A stretch of DNA of 64,000 nucleotides, from positions 18,610 to 82,609 of the forward strand of contig JASFLY010000012.1 in NCBI GenBank assembly GCA_050117845.1, read 5' to 3'. A model generated the notes under the pieces. The model worked only from the letters and a program-made list of their open reading frames with translations. It made no database searches and had not been told where the DNA came from. A program made the translations under genes and the position numbers. Positions 39,074 to 49,319 of this stretch are shown in pieces (positions within the stretch are counted from its first letter, which is position 1; each line of letters starts with the position of its first letter). This DNA comes from Candidatus Zixiibacteriota bacterium (GTDB taxonomy: Bacteria > RBG-13-66-14 > B26-G2 > WVWN01).

Positions 39074-40337
39074 CGTCGAATAGCGCGGCCAGCTCGCCGG
39101 TGAGGCGGCGCCGCTCGAAGCGTTCGACCCCGGCGGCGGGGGGAGGCGCCGCCGCGGAAGTCGGCCGGTCGTCGTACAGTTCCGCCAGCGCGGCCTGAGC
39201 GGCCGCCACGTCATCGGGGGCGACAATGCGGCCGGCGTCGAACTCGCGCACGAGCGCGGCGGCCTCGCCGTCCGGCGGGACCAGCGCCAGTATGGGCCGG
39301 CCGGCCCGGAGGTACTCGAATATCTTGCCGGTGAGGGTGGCCCCGGCGCCGGGGCGGGAGCCAATGACCAGCAGGTTGGCGTCGGCGGAGCGCATAACGT
39401 CCACGGCGTGGCCGTGGCCGGCGGCGCCCTCGGCGCTTATCGCTACGCCGTAGGTCTCGGCCCGGCCGGTCAGGGCCTTGCCAATGGGGCCTACCAGGCG
39501 GACGCGGAAATCTTCGGGCCCCAGGTTCCGGCTCGCGACGAAGTCCCCGGCGGCGGCGAGAAAGGTCCAGGGCATCCGGCCGCCGTAGAACTGGCCCGTG
39601 TAGGACACCGTGAACGGCCCGGGGGACGCGGGGACGTCGCCCGCGAAGTCGGCCTCGTCGTAGCCGTTGGGGATGAAGGCCACGGGGCGGCCGGCGGGCA
39701 GGCGGCCGCGGTAGGTCTCGGCCATGCCGGCGGTGACGGCGACGGCGGCGGCGGCGCGTTCCAGCACCGCGGCCTCGGCCCGCGGCGTCCGCCAGCGGTG
39801 GTAGGGGGTAGGCGGCCGGTCGAAGGGATTGCCGGCCCAGGCGTCGCGGTAGTCGAGGACGAGCGGCAGGCCCGTCTCCCGGGCGAGGCGTTCGCCCACG
39901 AGGTGCGACGTGTAGGGCGGCGCCGTCGAGAAGATGAGCCGTACGTCGAACTCGTCGAGCAGATTACGGGCCTCGTCGTACGCGGGGCCGGCGAAAGGCG
40001 CGTAGAGGTCGGGAAAGGAGAGCACCCTTCGGAACTCGCGGGAGAGACGCCGGCCGGCCCGGGCCAAAAAACGCCGGGACCCCGGGGCCGGGACGGAGGC
40101 GTCGTCGCGGGCGCGGCCTCGGCCCCAGAAGCGCCGCGGCGCGGCCCGCCGCACGACCGTATCGGCCGGGACCTCGGCCAGGAGCTGTTCGTCGTAGAGG
40201 TGATACCGGGCGGCCCCGGCCACTACCAGCGGCCGCCAGCCGAACGCCGGCAGGTACTTCACGAACTTGAGCGCGCGCAGAACGGCGCCGCCGCCCATGG
40301 GCGGGAAGAAGTACGAGAGGAATAGGACGTCGCGCAT
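39057..40337 (-). CDS. GT4 glycosyltransferase (paralog)
   Basis: YFFPPMGGGAVLR, STAPPY, DYRDAW, PNGYD, GKIFEYL. Confidence 0.85.
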   Translation of the reverse strand: MRDVLFLSYFFPPMGGGAVLRALKFVKYLPAFGWRPLVVAGAARYHLYDEQLLAEVPADTVVRRAAPRRFWGRGRARDDASVPAPGSRRFLARAGRRLSREFRRVLSFPDLYAPFAGPAYDEARNLLDEFDVRLIFSTAPPYTSHLVGERLARETGLPLVLDYRDAWAGNPFDRPPTPYHRWRTPRAEAAVLERAAAAVAVTAGMAETYRGRLPAGRPVAFIPNGYDEADFAGDVPASPGPFTVSYTGQFYGGRMPWTFLAAAGDFVASRNLGPEDFRVRLVGPIGKALTGRAETYGVAISAEGAAGHGHAVDVMRSADANLLVIGSRPGAGATLTGKIFEYLRAGRPILALVPPDGEAAALVREFDAGRIVAPDDVAAAQAALAELYDDRPTSAAAPPPAAGVERFERRRLTGELAALFDDVAGR

Positions 40338-40391
40338 AAGGATAAAGGCCGGCGTCGTCCGGCCGGGGCGTTCCGGGTCCACGGGCGAGTA

Positions 40392-41174
40392 TTAGCGGCC
40401 TTCAGGTTCGACGACGTGGTACGACTTCAATTGCGCCAGAAAGGTATACCGGGCCCCGTTGGGGACGTATATCTCGTCGCCGGTGTACTGGACGAACCCC
40501 TTATTGGGTTTGAACCAGCCGTATTGCACGTAACTCATCTCGGCGTCGCCGCCGGAGGTCATGTGGAACGTGGCGTAGATGGTCCGGCGTATCTTGTAGC
40601 AACTCTCGAACGTCCCCATGGGTATCGTGAGGTCTTCTTTCGTAACGACGTTTCTTATTATCTCTACGTCGACGTTGTCTTCCCGGCCGTCGTTGTCCAC
40701 GTCCGCCGAAAGGCCCAGGCAGAGCGGCGACATGCGGTCCTGTTTCGCCTCGGCCCAACTGCGGTTGACGCGCAACGGGTAGACCAGGTAGCGCCACGCC
40801 GGGTCGTAATACACGGCGTCCACCAGGCGCCCGGAGAAGTAGAACTCGCGGCCCGGCATCGCGACGCCGCTCTCCTCGTCATCCGCCAGGAAGAGAATTT
40901 CGTAATCCTCGGCGCCAGGAGCCAGCCGCACGAGGCGCCCGGCGAGGTGGCCGCCCACGACGACCTCGCCGTCGAAGGTTTCGGTGTATTCGGTTGCGAT
41001 ACCGGTGGGAACGTTATTGAAGTACTGCTGGTAGGAATAGGTCCAGGTGGAACCGTCGCCGTTGGGGTAGTACAGCGGGTCCCCCCCGTCGCCTACCGTC
41101 GGCGCGTCGCCGACGTTGCTGCAGGCAACGGCGAACAACAGCGCCGCGGCCGCGATAAAGAGTACTGCCCTCAT
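40392..41174 (-). CDS. hypothetical lipoprotein
   Basis: Lipobox AVAC, YYPNGDGSTWTY, TIPMGTFESC, WFKPNKG. Confidence 0.7.
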   Translation of the reverse strand: MRAVLFIAAAALLFAVACSNVGDAPTVGDGGDPLYYPNGDGSTWTYSYQQYFNNVPTGIATEYTETFDGEVVVGGHLAGRLVRLAPGAEDYEILFLADDEESGVAMPGREFYFSGRLVDAVYYDPAWRYLVYPLRVNRSWAEAKQDRMSPLCLGLSADVDNDGREDNVDVEIIRNVVTKEDLTIPMGTFESCYKIRRTIYATFHMTSGGDAEMSYVQYGWFKPNKGFVQYTGDEIYVPNGARYTFLAQLKSYHVVEPEGR

Positions 41175-41205
41175 ATAAGTAATAAGGGCCGTCCGGCCCT
41201 CGATT

Positions 41206-41279
41206 CGCGCCCGGAGGGATTCGAACCCCCAACCTACGGATCCGTAGTCCGTTGCTCTATCCAATTGAGCCACGGGCGC
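41206..41279 (-). tRNA. tRNA-Arg(ACG)
   Basis: GCGCCCG acceptor, anticodon arm ACGGA-CTACGGA-TCCGT, GTTCGAATC; CCA not encoded. Confidence 0.95.
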
Positions 41280-41355
41280 ACAAGCGGGCGTATTGTAACA
41301 GAAAAAAACGCCCCAAGTCAAGGCGCTTGAATAACGGCGAATCGCGCCGGCCGGT

Positions 41356-41883
41356 TCAGAAAAAAACCTGGAACCCGGTCCCCAACATATGGCCGAAGAC
41401 CGGGCCGTCCCGGTAGGCGGGGAAATAAACGCGACCTTCGTAACCGGCGACCAGCGCCGTCCGCGGAACGACGAAGAATTTAGCGCCGAACCGGGGTACC
41501 AGGCCGACGTCGCCGTCGAAGAACGACGTAGCCCTTACCCATAAGCCGACGTACGGCGACCACTTGGGGCCGGTATCGAAATGGTAATCCGGGCCGAAAC
41601 CGATAGCGCCGTACGCGTCCTCGAAACCGTATGTACCCAGATCGACCGAACCGCCCAACCACAAACCCCGGGCAACGAAGATACCGATGCCGGGGCCGAC
41701 GTATAACGCGGTTCCCCCCGATAGGTACCAGGTTCCGGTGTCCAAACTGACGGTAATAGTCCCGCGCTCCAGGAGTTCGTTGTCGGCACGGGAGACGGCG
41801 GGTACGGCCGCGGCGCCCGCGAATACGGCCAACGCGGTATTAACGACGAATACGTATCGGTTACGAAGCAAAACGAAATCCAT
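41356..41883 (-). CDS. small outer-membrane beta-barrel protein
   Basis: Signal-like N-terminus, amphipathic strands, SPYVG, terminal GFQVFF. Confidence 0.7.
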   Translation of the reverse strand: MDFVLLRNRYVFVVNTALAVFAGAAAVPAVSRADNELLERGTITVSLDTGTWYLSGGTALYVGPGIGIFVARGLWLGGSVDLGTYGFEDAYGAIGFGPDYHFDTGPKWSPYVGLWVRATSFFDGDVGLVPRFGAKFFVVPRTALVAGYEGRVYFPAYRDGPVFGHMLGTGFQVFF

Positions 41884-42441
41884 TTAGAATACTATCTGCA
41901 GGCCGAAATCTATGGAAACGTTACTATTGATAGAGGTTTCGCCGCCATACTTAAAAAACGCTGCCCGATAAATAAGGCCGAAGTAAAACGGCGTTTGAGG
42001 CGCTACGAACGCCTTGGCGCCGCCGCCGAATTGCACTACCGGATTGACCTCGTCGTCATAGTCGAAACCGTACATGGCCCCGGCCATGCCCCGCATATAT
42101 ATCGCCCATCGGGGGCTCACCGGGGCGTCGATTTCCGACCCCAACGCCAACTCGACGTACGTAGCGCCGTCGCTCCCGTGATCGAAATCATAGTAACCCA
42201 AATACTTCACGGCCGTGACGAAAGCGACGTTGTCTGCAAAGAAATACCCGACCTCGGGCGACAACGATATCATTGCCGCGTTGCCGTATACGTCCGCGAA
42301 GAATAACGGTACCGACGTAGACGCGCCGAAGCCCAAAAAACAGTAACCCGGCGCTAGGCACTCGGTCCCCGCGCCGGCGACCGCGGCCGTGAACGTCACG
42401 GCCGATAATACCGCCATTGATATTTTAATCAAGCGAACCAT
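41884..42441 (-). CDS. small outer-membrane beta-barrel protein (paralog)
   Basis: Signal peptide, SPEVGYFF, GGGAKAFVAP, terminal GLQIVF. Confidence 0.7.
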   Translation of the reverse strand: MVRLIKISMAVLSAVTFTAAVAGAGTECLAPGYCFLGFGASTSVPLFFADVYGNAAMISLSPEVGYFFADNVAFVTAVKYLGYYDFDHGSDGATYVELALGSEIDAPVSPRWAIYMRGMAGAMYGFDYDDEVNPVVQFGGGAKAFVAPQTPFYFGLIYRAAFFKYGGETSINSNVSIDFGLQIVF

Positions 42442-42455
42442 ATTTCGAAGCCACT

Positions 42456-43949
42456 TTACGGTGAAACCGGATCGCCGTCGAGCACTTTTTCCTTACCGGC
42501 GCCGAGGCCCCGAGTTATTACGCGGAAGTAATCGCCCAGAGCCCGGCCGCGCAGTATACCCTTTATCTTCTCGAAGACGAAACGCGGCGACATTAATCTC
42601 ATTAGAATAAACCCGATACGTAACTTCCGCAACTCCCTTATCCCCAGGCCGGGTTGGAGTAATATCGGGACGTTGTCCGGGTTGCGGAAGAGCTTGCGTT
42701 GCTCTTCGTTCAGGTACGGCGCGGACCAGCGGAAGCCTTCGGGCAAAAGGTCCTGGTCCCGGGCGTATTCCTCGACGTAGGTTCCCGGGTAGACCTTGAC
42801 GCCGGCGTGGTAGCCGAAGAGGCGGACGTACTTGCGATTCCGCCGGATGAAGCGATTGGTCCGTTTCGCCTCGGCGTAGGTCTCGCCCGGGTGGCCGAGC
42901 GTGAAGAAGGCCTTGGTCAAAAGGCCGAGTTCGTCGCACCAACGGAGGACCCGCTCGGCCTGCTCCAGCGTTATCCGTTTGCGGACGCACTGGTCGAGGA
43001 CGCGCTGCGAGCCGGCCTCGACGCCGACGTCGACGTAGTAGCAACCGGCGTCCCGCATCCGGGAGAGGAGGGCCTCGTCCACGGTGTCGACGCGGATCTC
43101 GCACTCCCACGGTACGTCGATGCCGCGGCGCCTCAGTTCGTCGCAGAATCCCTCGGCGTGCCGCCGGTTCAACGTGAACGTGCTGTCGAAGATTTTGATG
43201 CCGCGGGCGCCGTAGTTCGTAACCAGGTCCTCGACCTCGTCGCCGACCGCCGCGGGCGAACGGGCCCGGTAGCTCGAGCCGAACATAGCGGACGCCGAAC
43301 AGAAGGTGCAGGCGATGGGGCACCCCCGGGCCGTCATGATGGAGGCCCCGGGGACGTCCTCCAGGTACTCCATATTCATATTGTACCGGCCGTAGGGCAC
43401 GAGGTCCCGGGCGGGAGCGCCGAGGGCTTCGAGGTCGCGGCGGGGAGGCCGCGGCGGGTTGTGAACGATGCGGCCTTCGTCGCGGTAGGAAATACCTTTT
43501 ATGCGGGATAACTCGGCCGGCCGGCCGCCACCCTCCGCCCAGGCCGCGAGTTCGAGGCAGGACTCTTCCCCCTCGCCCCGGACGATTACGTCAATCGCCG
43601 GGACGTGCTCGAGGGTATCGTCGGCGGTGAAGGTGGCGTGGGGGCCGCCGTAGACGACGACGGCCTCGGCGGAACGCTCCTTTACGCGGGAAGCTAAATC
43701 GAAAGAGAGAAAGCGGCTGTGGCTGGTGCCGCCTATCAGGACCAGAGAAGGCTGGATTTCCCCCGACAACGCCACGGGGTCGCGCCCGTCCACCTGTTGG
43801 TCGACGAAGGTGACGGCGTGGCCCGCGCGGCGCAACTCGCCGCCCAGCCACAACATGCCGAGCGGCGGCATCTTCTCGAAGTATTCAAGATCGGGGTCGG
43901 CCGGGTATACGGCCAGGATGGATGCCCCCAAAACTTCCTCCCGGGTCAA
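42456..43949 (-). CDS. B12-binding radical SAM protein
   Basis: PPLG, YGGPHATF, RGEGE, RGCPIACTFC, GVEAG; TTG start after GGTGAGAGG. Confidence 0.88.
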   Translation of the reverse strand: MTREEVLGASILAVYPADPDLEYFEKMPPLGMLWLGGELRRAGHAVTFVDQQVDGRDPVALSGEIQPSLVLIGGTSHSRFLSFDLASRVKERSAEAVVVYGGPHATFTADDTLEHVPAIDVIVRGEGEESCLELAAWAEGGGRPAELSRIKGISYRDEGRIVHNPPRPPRRDLEALGAPARDLVPYGRYNMNMEYLEDVPGASIMTARGCPIACTFCSASAMFGSSYRARSPAAVGDEVEDLVTNYGARGIKIFDSTFTLNRRHAEGFCDELRRRGIDVPWECEIRVDTVDEALLSRMRDAGCYYVDVGVEAGSQRVLDQCVRKRITLEQAERVLRWCDELGLLTKAFFTLGHPGETYAEAKRTNRFIRRNRKYVRLFGYHAGVKVYPGTYVEEYARDQDLLPEGFRWSAPYLNEEQRKLFRNPDNVPILLQPGLGIRELRKLRIGFILMRLMSPRFVFEKIKGILRGRALGDYFRVITRGLGAGKEKVLDGDPVSP

Positions 43950-43962
43950 CCTCTCACCTAGT

Positions 43963-45465
43963 TTATTCGTACCGGCCGGAAGCCGCCCCCAACCGCACGT
44001 CGTGGACGCGGTCCTCCTTATGCTTGACGCGAAAGCCCAGGCCCCGCAGGAACCCTCGCCACAACCTTCCCACCTCGCCGACGCGTACCGCACGTATAGC
44101 CTTCGTCAGAATGTAGCGCGGCGTCAGGAAGTATCCCCAGAGGAAGCGCTTGCGCAGGCGCCGGAGTTCGTCGACGCCCATCTGCGGCTGGAGCAGCAGC
44201 GGCACGTTGTCGCGTAATTTAAACAACTTCTCGTTGTCGTCGTTCTCGTACGGTGCGGCCCAGTCGAAGCCCTCGGGCATCAAGCCGTGCTGCCGGGCGT
44301 ACGCCTCCACGCGCGTCCCGGGGTAAATGCGCACTCCCGGGTTGTAGCCGCGGAAGGTCATCAGGTGGCCGTACTTGCGGGCGAACCTGTTGGTCTTCAC
44401 GGCCTGCTCGAAGGTCTCGCCCGGGTGCCCCAGGCTGAACGAGACCTTGGTGTAGAGGCCCAGTTCCTTCGCCCAGTGCATCACCCGAACCGCTTTCTCG
44501 AGCGTGATCCGCTTGCTGATATACTCCAGGACGTCCTCGTCCGCCGACTCCACGCCGAAGCAGATAATGTAGCAGCCGGCCTCCCGCATCTTCGCGAGCA
44601 GGGCCTTGTCGACGGTGTCCACGCGGACCTGGCATTGCCACGGCACCTCTATGCCGCGGCGCATGAGTTCGTCGCAGAAGTCCTCGACGTGGGAGCGACG
44701 CAGCGAGAAGGTCGAGTCGAAAATGACGAGGCCCTCGACGCCGTAGCGGTCCATCACCTGCTCGACCTCGTCCACGATGCTCGCGGCGCCGCGGGTATAG
44801 TAGCGCTTGCCGAAAAAGAAAGACTCCGAACAGAATGCGCAACAGATCGGACAGCCCCGGGAGGTCATGAGGATGGTGCCGGGGATGCCCAGCATGTCCA
44901 TGACCAGACGGTATCGCTCCATGGGGAGGAGGTGCCGCGCCGGCAGGGGGATGGAGTCGAGGTCGGCCAGGCGCTCGCGGGCGGGCGTCGCGACGGCGCG
45001 TCCCTCCTCGTCGCGGTACGTTATGCCGTGGATTTTCGAGAGGTCCTCGGGCCGGCCGGCCCCCCGGACCTTCCAGGTCGCGAGCTCGAGGGAGGTGTAT
45101 TCGCCCTCGCCGTGGGCCACGAGGTCTATATCGCCGATGCGGGCCAGCGTCTCGGGCGCGGTGAAGGAGGCGTGCGGCCCGCCGTAGATAACGCTAATCG
45201 ACGGGTCGAACTCCTTGAGCCGTCGGGCGTACTCGAAGGCGCGGAAACGGCCGTGGGAGGTCCCGCCGATGAGCGCCACCTTGGGCCGGGCATCGGCGAC
45301 GAAGTCGCCGAAATCCTCGGTCTCCACCTGTTCGTCGTAGAGCGCCACCGAGTAGCCCTCGCGCTCGAGCACGGCGGCGATCCAGGCGAGGCCCAGCGGG
45401 GGGGTCCGGTCGGGGATGCCGAGATCCCCGCCGTAGGGATGGATGCCTATTACGTCCGCGGCCAT
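43963..45465 (-). CDS. B12-binding radical SAM protein (paralog)
   Basis: PPLG, YGGPHASF, HGEGE, RGCPICCAFC, GVESA. Confidence 0.88.
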   Translation of the reverse strand: MAADVIGIHPYGGDLGIPDRTPPLGLAWIAAVLEREGYSVALYDEQVETEDFGDFVADARPKVALIGGTSHGRFRAFEYARRLKEFDPSISVIYGGPHASFTAPETLARIGDIDLVAHGEGEYTSLELATWKVRGAGRPEDLSKIHGITYRDEEGRAVATPARERLADLDSIPLPARHLLPMERYRLVMDMLGIPGTILMTSRGCPICCAFCSESFFFGKRYYTRGAASIVDEVEQVMDRYGVEGLVIFDSTFSLRRSHVEDFCDELMRRGIEVPWQCQVRVDTVDKALLAKMREAGCYIICFGVESADEDVLEYISKRITLEKAVRVMHWAKELGLYTKVSFSLGHPGETFEQAVKTNRFARKYGHLMTFRGYNPGVRIYPGTRVEAYARQHGLMPEGFDWAAPYENDDNEKLFKLRDNVPLLLQPQMGVDELRRLRKRFLWGYFLTPRYILTKAIRAVRVGEVGRLWRGFLRGLGFRVKHKEDRVHDVRLGAASGRYE

Positions 45466-45520
45466 ATCGGTTCATTATAACAAAAAAACGCCCCCGGGTG
45501 GGGCGTGGGCCGACAGTATC

Positions 45521-45845
45521 GTGGGCCGGGCATTCCCGCCTGGCTACGGAAACGTAGGGCCGGGTCTTAAGACCCGGCCTCCTGATTCGCTTATTAATAA
45601 GAGATTTTCCGTGGGCCGACCTGAAGGTCGACCCCTACCGTTGTGTTCGCCGTCCGCCGACAGGAATGTCGGTGCCACCCAATGTCGGCCTCGGCTCCAG
45701 GGTGCCGTCAGGTGTTACCACCTGACGGCGCGGGGAATAGAGGAACGCGTCGGATGGTAACTTCTGGTGGGCCAGGCATTCCTGCCTGGCGGTCAATCGC
45801 CGACAGGAGTGTCGGCGCCACAACCGCCGGTTGAAACCGGCGGCT
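45521..45845. repeat. mosaic REP-like hairpin cluster with GTAG...CTAC inverted doublet (45554-45638)
   Basis: GTAGGGCCGGGTCTTAAGACCCGGCC, GGGCCGACCTGAAGGTCGACCCCTAC, GCCGACAGGAATGTCGG, GCCGTCAGGTGTTACCACCTGACGGC, GCCAGGCATTCCTGCCTGGC, CCGCCGGTTGAAACCGGCGG. Confidence 0.85.
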
Positions 45846-45866
45846 TACGCCCCCCCGGTTTACCAT

Positions 45867-46601
45867 TTATCCTCGCAGCTCCATGCCGGCGCCGTTGAGT
45901 TCCACGTACGCCTCGCCGGCGCAGGGAATGCAGTACATTATACCGTCGGCCTCGACGGCGCGGTTCCGCGCCACGTTCTCGCCGCAGCGGCCGCACTTAA
46001 CTTTATCCAAAACGGGGACGGTCGACGGCACGTCTATCGTACCGCGCGTAACGCGGAAGGCGTGTTCTACCGGGGCGCCGAGTTCCCTCAAACTCATATC
46101 GCACAGGAGTCGAAGCATACGGCTGCGTTCCTCGGCCGTCCCGGCCTCGCGCCTCGCGACCAGGCGGTCGAACAAGTCGGACGCCTCCGGGAACTCCTCC
46201 GCGCGCGAATCCTCGAACTCCGGCGCCAGCGCGTAGCGGACGGCCCGGCCGTCCCGCGTACAGAACGTGACGGCGGTCTTCCCGTAATCCCGATATATAA
46301 GGGAGTTATTGCCGAGGGTACAACCCGATACGTACTGCACGCCGTCGGCGAAGCAGTTGTTCGTCTCCACGACGGCCACGAGTTCCTCCGTCCCGGTATG
46401 AGCCACCCCCAGCTCCTTCACACCGGCGCTCGCGGCCATGACGCCGTAGGCCAGGTAATTGCAATAGTGGCCGTGGAGTTCCCCCGCCCAGGCGAGGAGA
46501 GCGTGGAGATCGTCCACGGCGATAAGGGCCTCCGTCTCCCGGCGGTACGGGTTCCCCAACTCCATCTCTCTACTCCCGTACGTCGACACGCGATTCGCCA
46601 T
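45867..46601 (-). CDS. FmdE-family protein with C-terminal zinc finger
   Basis: LHGHYC, ETNNCFADGVQYVSGCTLGN, DYGKTA, CGRCGE...CIPC. Confidence 0.85.
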   Translation of the reverse strand: MANRVSTYGSREMELGNPYRRETEALIAVDDLHALLAWAGELHGHYCNYLAYGVMAASAGVKELGVAHTGTEELVAVVETNNCFADGVQYVSGCTLGNNSLIYRDYGKTAVTFCTRDGRAVRYALAPEFEDSRAEEFPEASDLFDRLVARREAGTAEERSRMLRLLCDMSLRELGAPVEHAFRVTRGTIDVPSTVPVLDKVKCGRCGENVARNRAVEADGIMYCIPCAGEAYVELNGAGMELRG

Positions 46602-46913
46602 GATGTTACACCACCCTGCCGGCCGCGCCGACGCCTACGAGTCTGCACGGTCAAGGCCGTAACGCACTACCATACTGTTTTGGTGGGGAGAAGCGGCGAG
46701 TACGTACCTGGGTCTTCCCCACCTCCCGTATACTTATCAGGCGGGCCGACCGGCGCGCGCGCCGAGGGCGCCGCCGAACCGACTATTCGTGGGTATTATA
46801 ACATAAAAGCCTACGTCGCCAAGGGCTCAACTGCGACCACGGGGCCCGGACGGGGCCGGCCGCCCCCCTCCCGCGCGCATCCCGCGAAACGATTATTTAA
46901 ACGTTAGGGCGCC

Positions 46914-47594
46914 CTACGCCGGAACGGCTATTCGCGCCTCGACCACGCGCTCCACGCGCAGGCCGGCGGCGACGAAAACGCCCTCGACCGTATAGACGCC
47001 CTCCCCCAACATCCCCACGGGATAGTGGACGACCTCCCGGGCGAAGTCGCGGAAATCGCCGCCGCGCACCGTTACCAGCGTCTCTATCTGGGCGAACGGC
47101 CGACCATCGCTCCACCGCCATATTTCTTTGCGGCCCCGGCCGTTGCCCTCGTAAATAACGAAGTCGTAAACTTGCGTGGTTGGACACGTGCCCTTCCAGA
47201 TACTCCTGAAAGGCCATCGGACGCGCAACGTCATAGCGAGTTGCTCGAGAGTCGGCCCCCCGGACTTCGCCGCTTCGGCCGGGTGATTCCATACGACGTT
47301 GTTTCGGATCCCCTCGAGCGTAAGGGCGAGTTCCAGCCCCTCTTCCGGTTTTCCCGGGTCACCCTCGTAATCCCCCACTTTTTCGTAGATTATGCCTTCG
47401 TCGTCGTAATCCCCGCTAATCGTAACCTTCGTCCCCAAGCGCTCGTGCAGTTCGGCCTCGTTTTCCCAGGGGTATACCCTTTTTACGATCGGTACTTCGG
47501 CGTAGTCCCACATCTGCAGGAAATACGCCGGCCCCTCCGACTTGGTACCGATGCCCGTGAGGCGCGCACCCAGATACCCGCTGAAACCCAGCAT
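46914..47594 (-). CDS. hypothetical protein with C-terminal BsuPI-like domain
   Basis: TQVYDFVI...EIWRWSDGRPFAQ, GVYTVEG resemble the intracellular proteinase-inhibitor pattern. Confidence 0.55.
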   Translation of the reverse strand: MLGFSGYLGARLTGIGTKSEGPAYFLQMWDYAEVPIVKRVYPWENEAELHERLGTKVTISGDYDDEGIIYEKVGDYEGDPGKPEEGLELALTLEGIRNNVVWNHPAEAAKSGGPTLEQLAMTLRVRWPFRSIWKGTCPTTQVYDFVIYEGNGRGRKEIWRWSDGRPFAQIETLVTVRGGDFRDFAREVVHYPVGMLGEGVYTVEGVFVAAGLRVERVVEARIAVPA

Positions 47595-47627
47595 CTCTCG
47601 ACCTCCGTTCGTCCTAAGTTAATGCCG

Positions 47628-49319
47628 TTATTTACTAACATGTGAACCGCCGGGCGGCCGGGGCCGCATCAACCAGACCCCCTCGGTCCCGCGCTCGGCG
47701 GAATACACGACGTCCATTCGAAGCCCCGTATCGGCGACGTACCCCAACTCCCCCCGGTTCATAATGAAGATTAATACGTTCGGCGCCGCCGGGTTCCGCC
47801 GGAACCACGCGAAGTCCCGTACGCGGACGTTCTCCTTCCCGGCTACGCGAAGGAACCGCCCGAGTTCGTCGCCCGTCATCGTCTTCTGCCGATGGGCCTT
47901 GGGGCCGTCGGCCAGCGGCAAGATGTCGCGGTGGTAATCGAGGCCCATGTCCTCGTATTCGACGACGACGAGGTCGAGATCCTCCCCTCCGGCGTCCCGG
48001 ATGAGGTATTCGGCCGCCCCACGGAAGTTCCGCCGCGTGTCTGACACCACTCGCAGGACTTCGAGTTTTCCGGCGATAAGCGGCCCGCAGAAAATCCCCG
48101 CCCCGACCAAAACGCCGAGGGCCAGAGCCGCCGCGGCCGCGCGGCGGGGCCAGGACCGCATCCACCGCCGCCAGGCCGCCGCGTCCACCCACTCCGAAAA
48201 CGCCACGCCCATCACGAGGGCCGCGCCGAACGACGCCTCCCATAAGTAAGTCCGAACGGTGAACGAAATCGTCGTCAAGCCCAGGATCGGAACGGCGAAC
48301 CAGACAACGCCCGGCGTCGCCCGGTCCCTGCAAAGTAGCAACGGCACGAAGGCCGCGAATAGGACCAGCAAGGCAACGGCCGGTATGGGCCGCAAAGCGA
48401 GCGCGAGCGCCGCCCCGCCTACCAGGGGCAGAGCGGACTTCCACGCATCGTCGAGGCGCGACAGCGGCGGCAACCTTCGCAAAACAAGATAGAAGGTCGC
48501 GACCCATAACAATACGCCGAACTGGCCGTAGAGGTAGGCCGCGTAGAAACGCCACCGGGCCGCAGCGTAGGGGTAAAAAGATTCCGCCCCCCCGGCCCCG
48601 GCCCACAACTGGCGGCCGTGTAAATAAGGGTTGAGGACCACCCATAAGACGCCGACGCCGAGCATCACGCCGGCGACGACCGCCGCGCGGCGGAAACTCG
48701 CCGTGGTCGGCCGGTGCCAACGCGTTAACAGTAACGCGCTCAGGACCAGCGGCCCGATGATCACGCTGGGCTCCTTGGTCAAAACCGCCCCCGCCCAGGC
48801 TATGGCGCCGAACGCCAAATAGCGCACCTTCCCCGCCGCCCCGCGAAAAAGCCAAAGCAACGCGAGATTGAGAAGGAAGGTTTCGAGCGCGAAGGTGAGA
48901 TCGGAGAACCAGAATACGACGGAGCAAAGGTAATAAAAAGCGCACCCGTACGCCAGAAGCGACGCCACGGCCACGCGGCGCGAAAACGCGGCCTCCACGA
49001 GCCGGTAGAAAATAACGAAGGAGAAAGTGAAAAGCAGAGAGAGTACGAGGTGGTACGGAAGCGGGTTCAACCCGAAGAGGCGGTACATCCCCCACCACGC
49101 CAGGTTTACGGCGGGCCGGATCGTGCTGAAGATTTCCGCCCGGGCCGGGTCGAACGCCGCCAGCGGCGAATCGTGCTCCGCGGCCCACTCCAAAAAATAG
49201 GCGTCGTCGGCCCGAAAATAAACCGGATACCGCCAAACCAATAAAGCGGACAAAGCCAAGGCCGCGACGCACAGCGCGAGCGTCGCGCGGCCCCCCCGCT
49301 TCTTATCGTCCGGCATCAA
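47628..49319 (-). CDS. polytopic GT-C (PMT/ArnT-like) membrane glycosyltransferase
   Basis: YFRADD, IRP, FGLNPLPYH, LTKE motifs, many TM helices. Confidence 0.7.
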   Translation of the reverse strand: MMPDDKKRGGRATLALCVAALALSALLVWRYPVYFRADDAYFLEWAAEHDSPLAAFDPARAEIFSTIRPAVNLAWWGMYRLFGLNPLPYHLVLSLLFTFSFVIFYRLVEAAFSRRVAVASLLAYGCAFYYLCSVVFWFSDLTFALETFLLNLALLWLFRGAAGKVRYLAFGAIAWAGAVLTKEPSVIIGPLVLSALLLTRWHRPTTASFRRAAVVAGVMLGVGVLWVVLNPYLHGRQLWAGAGGAESFYPYAAARWRFYAAYLYGQFGVLLWVATFYLVLRRLPPLSRLDDAWKSALPLVGGAALALALRPIPAVALLVLFAAFVPLLLCRDRATPGVVWFAVPILGLTTISFTVRTYLWEASFGAALVMGVAFSEWVDAAAWRRWMRSWPRRAAAAALALGVLVGAGIFCGPLIAGKLEVLRVVSDTRRNFRGAAEYLIRDAGGEDLDLVVVEYEDMGLDYHRDILPLADGPKAHRQKTMTGDELGRFLRVAGKENVRVRDFAWFRRNPAAPNVLIFIMNRGELGYVADTGLRMDVVYSAERGTEGVWLMRPRPPGGSHVSK

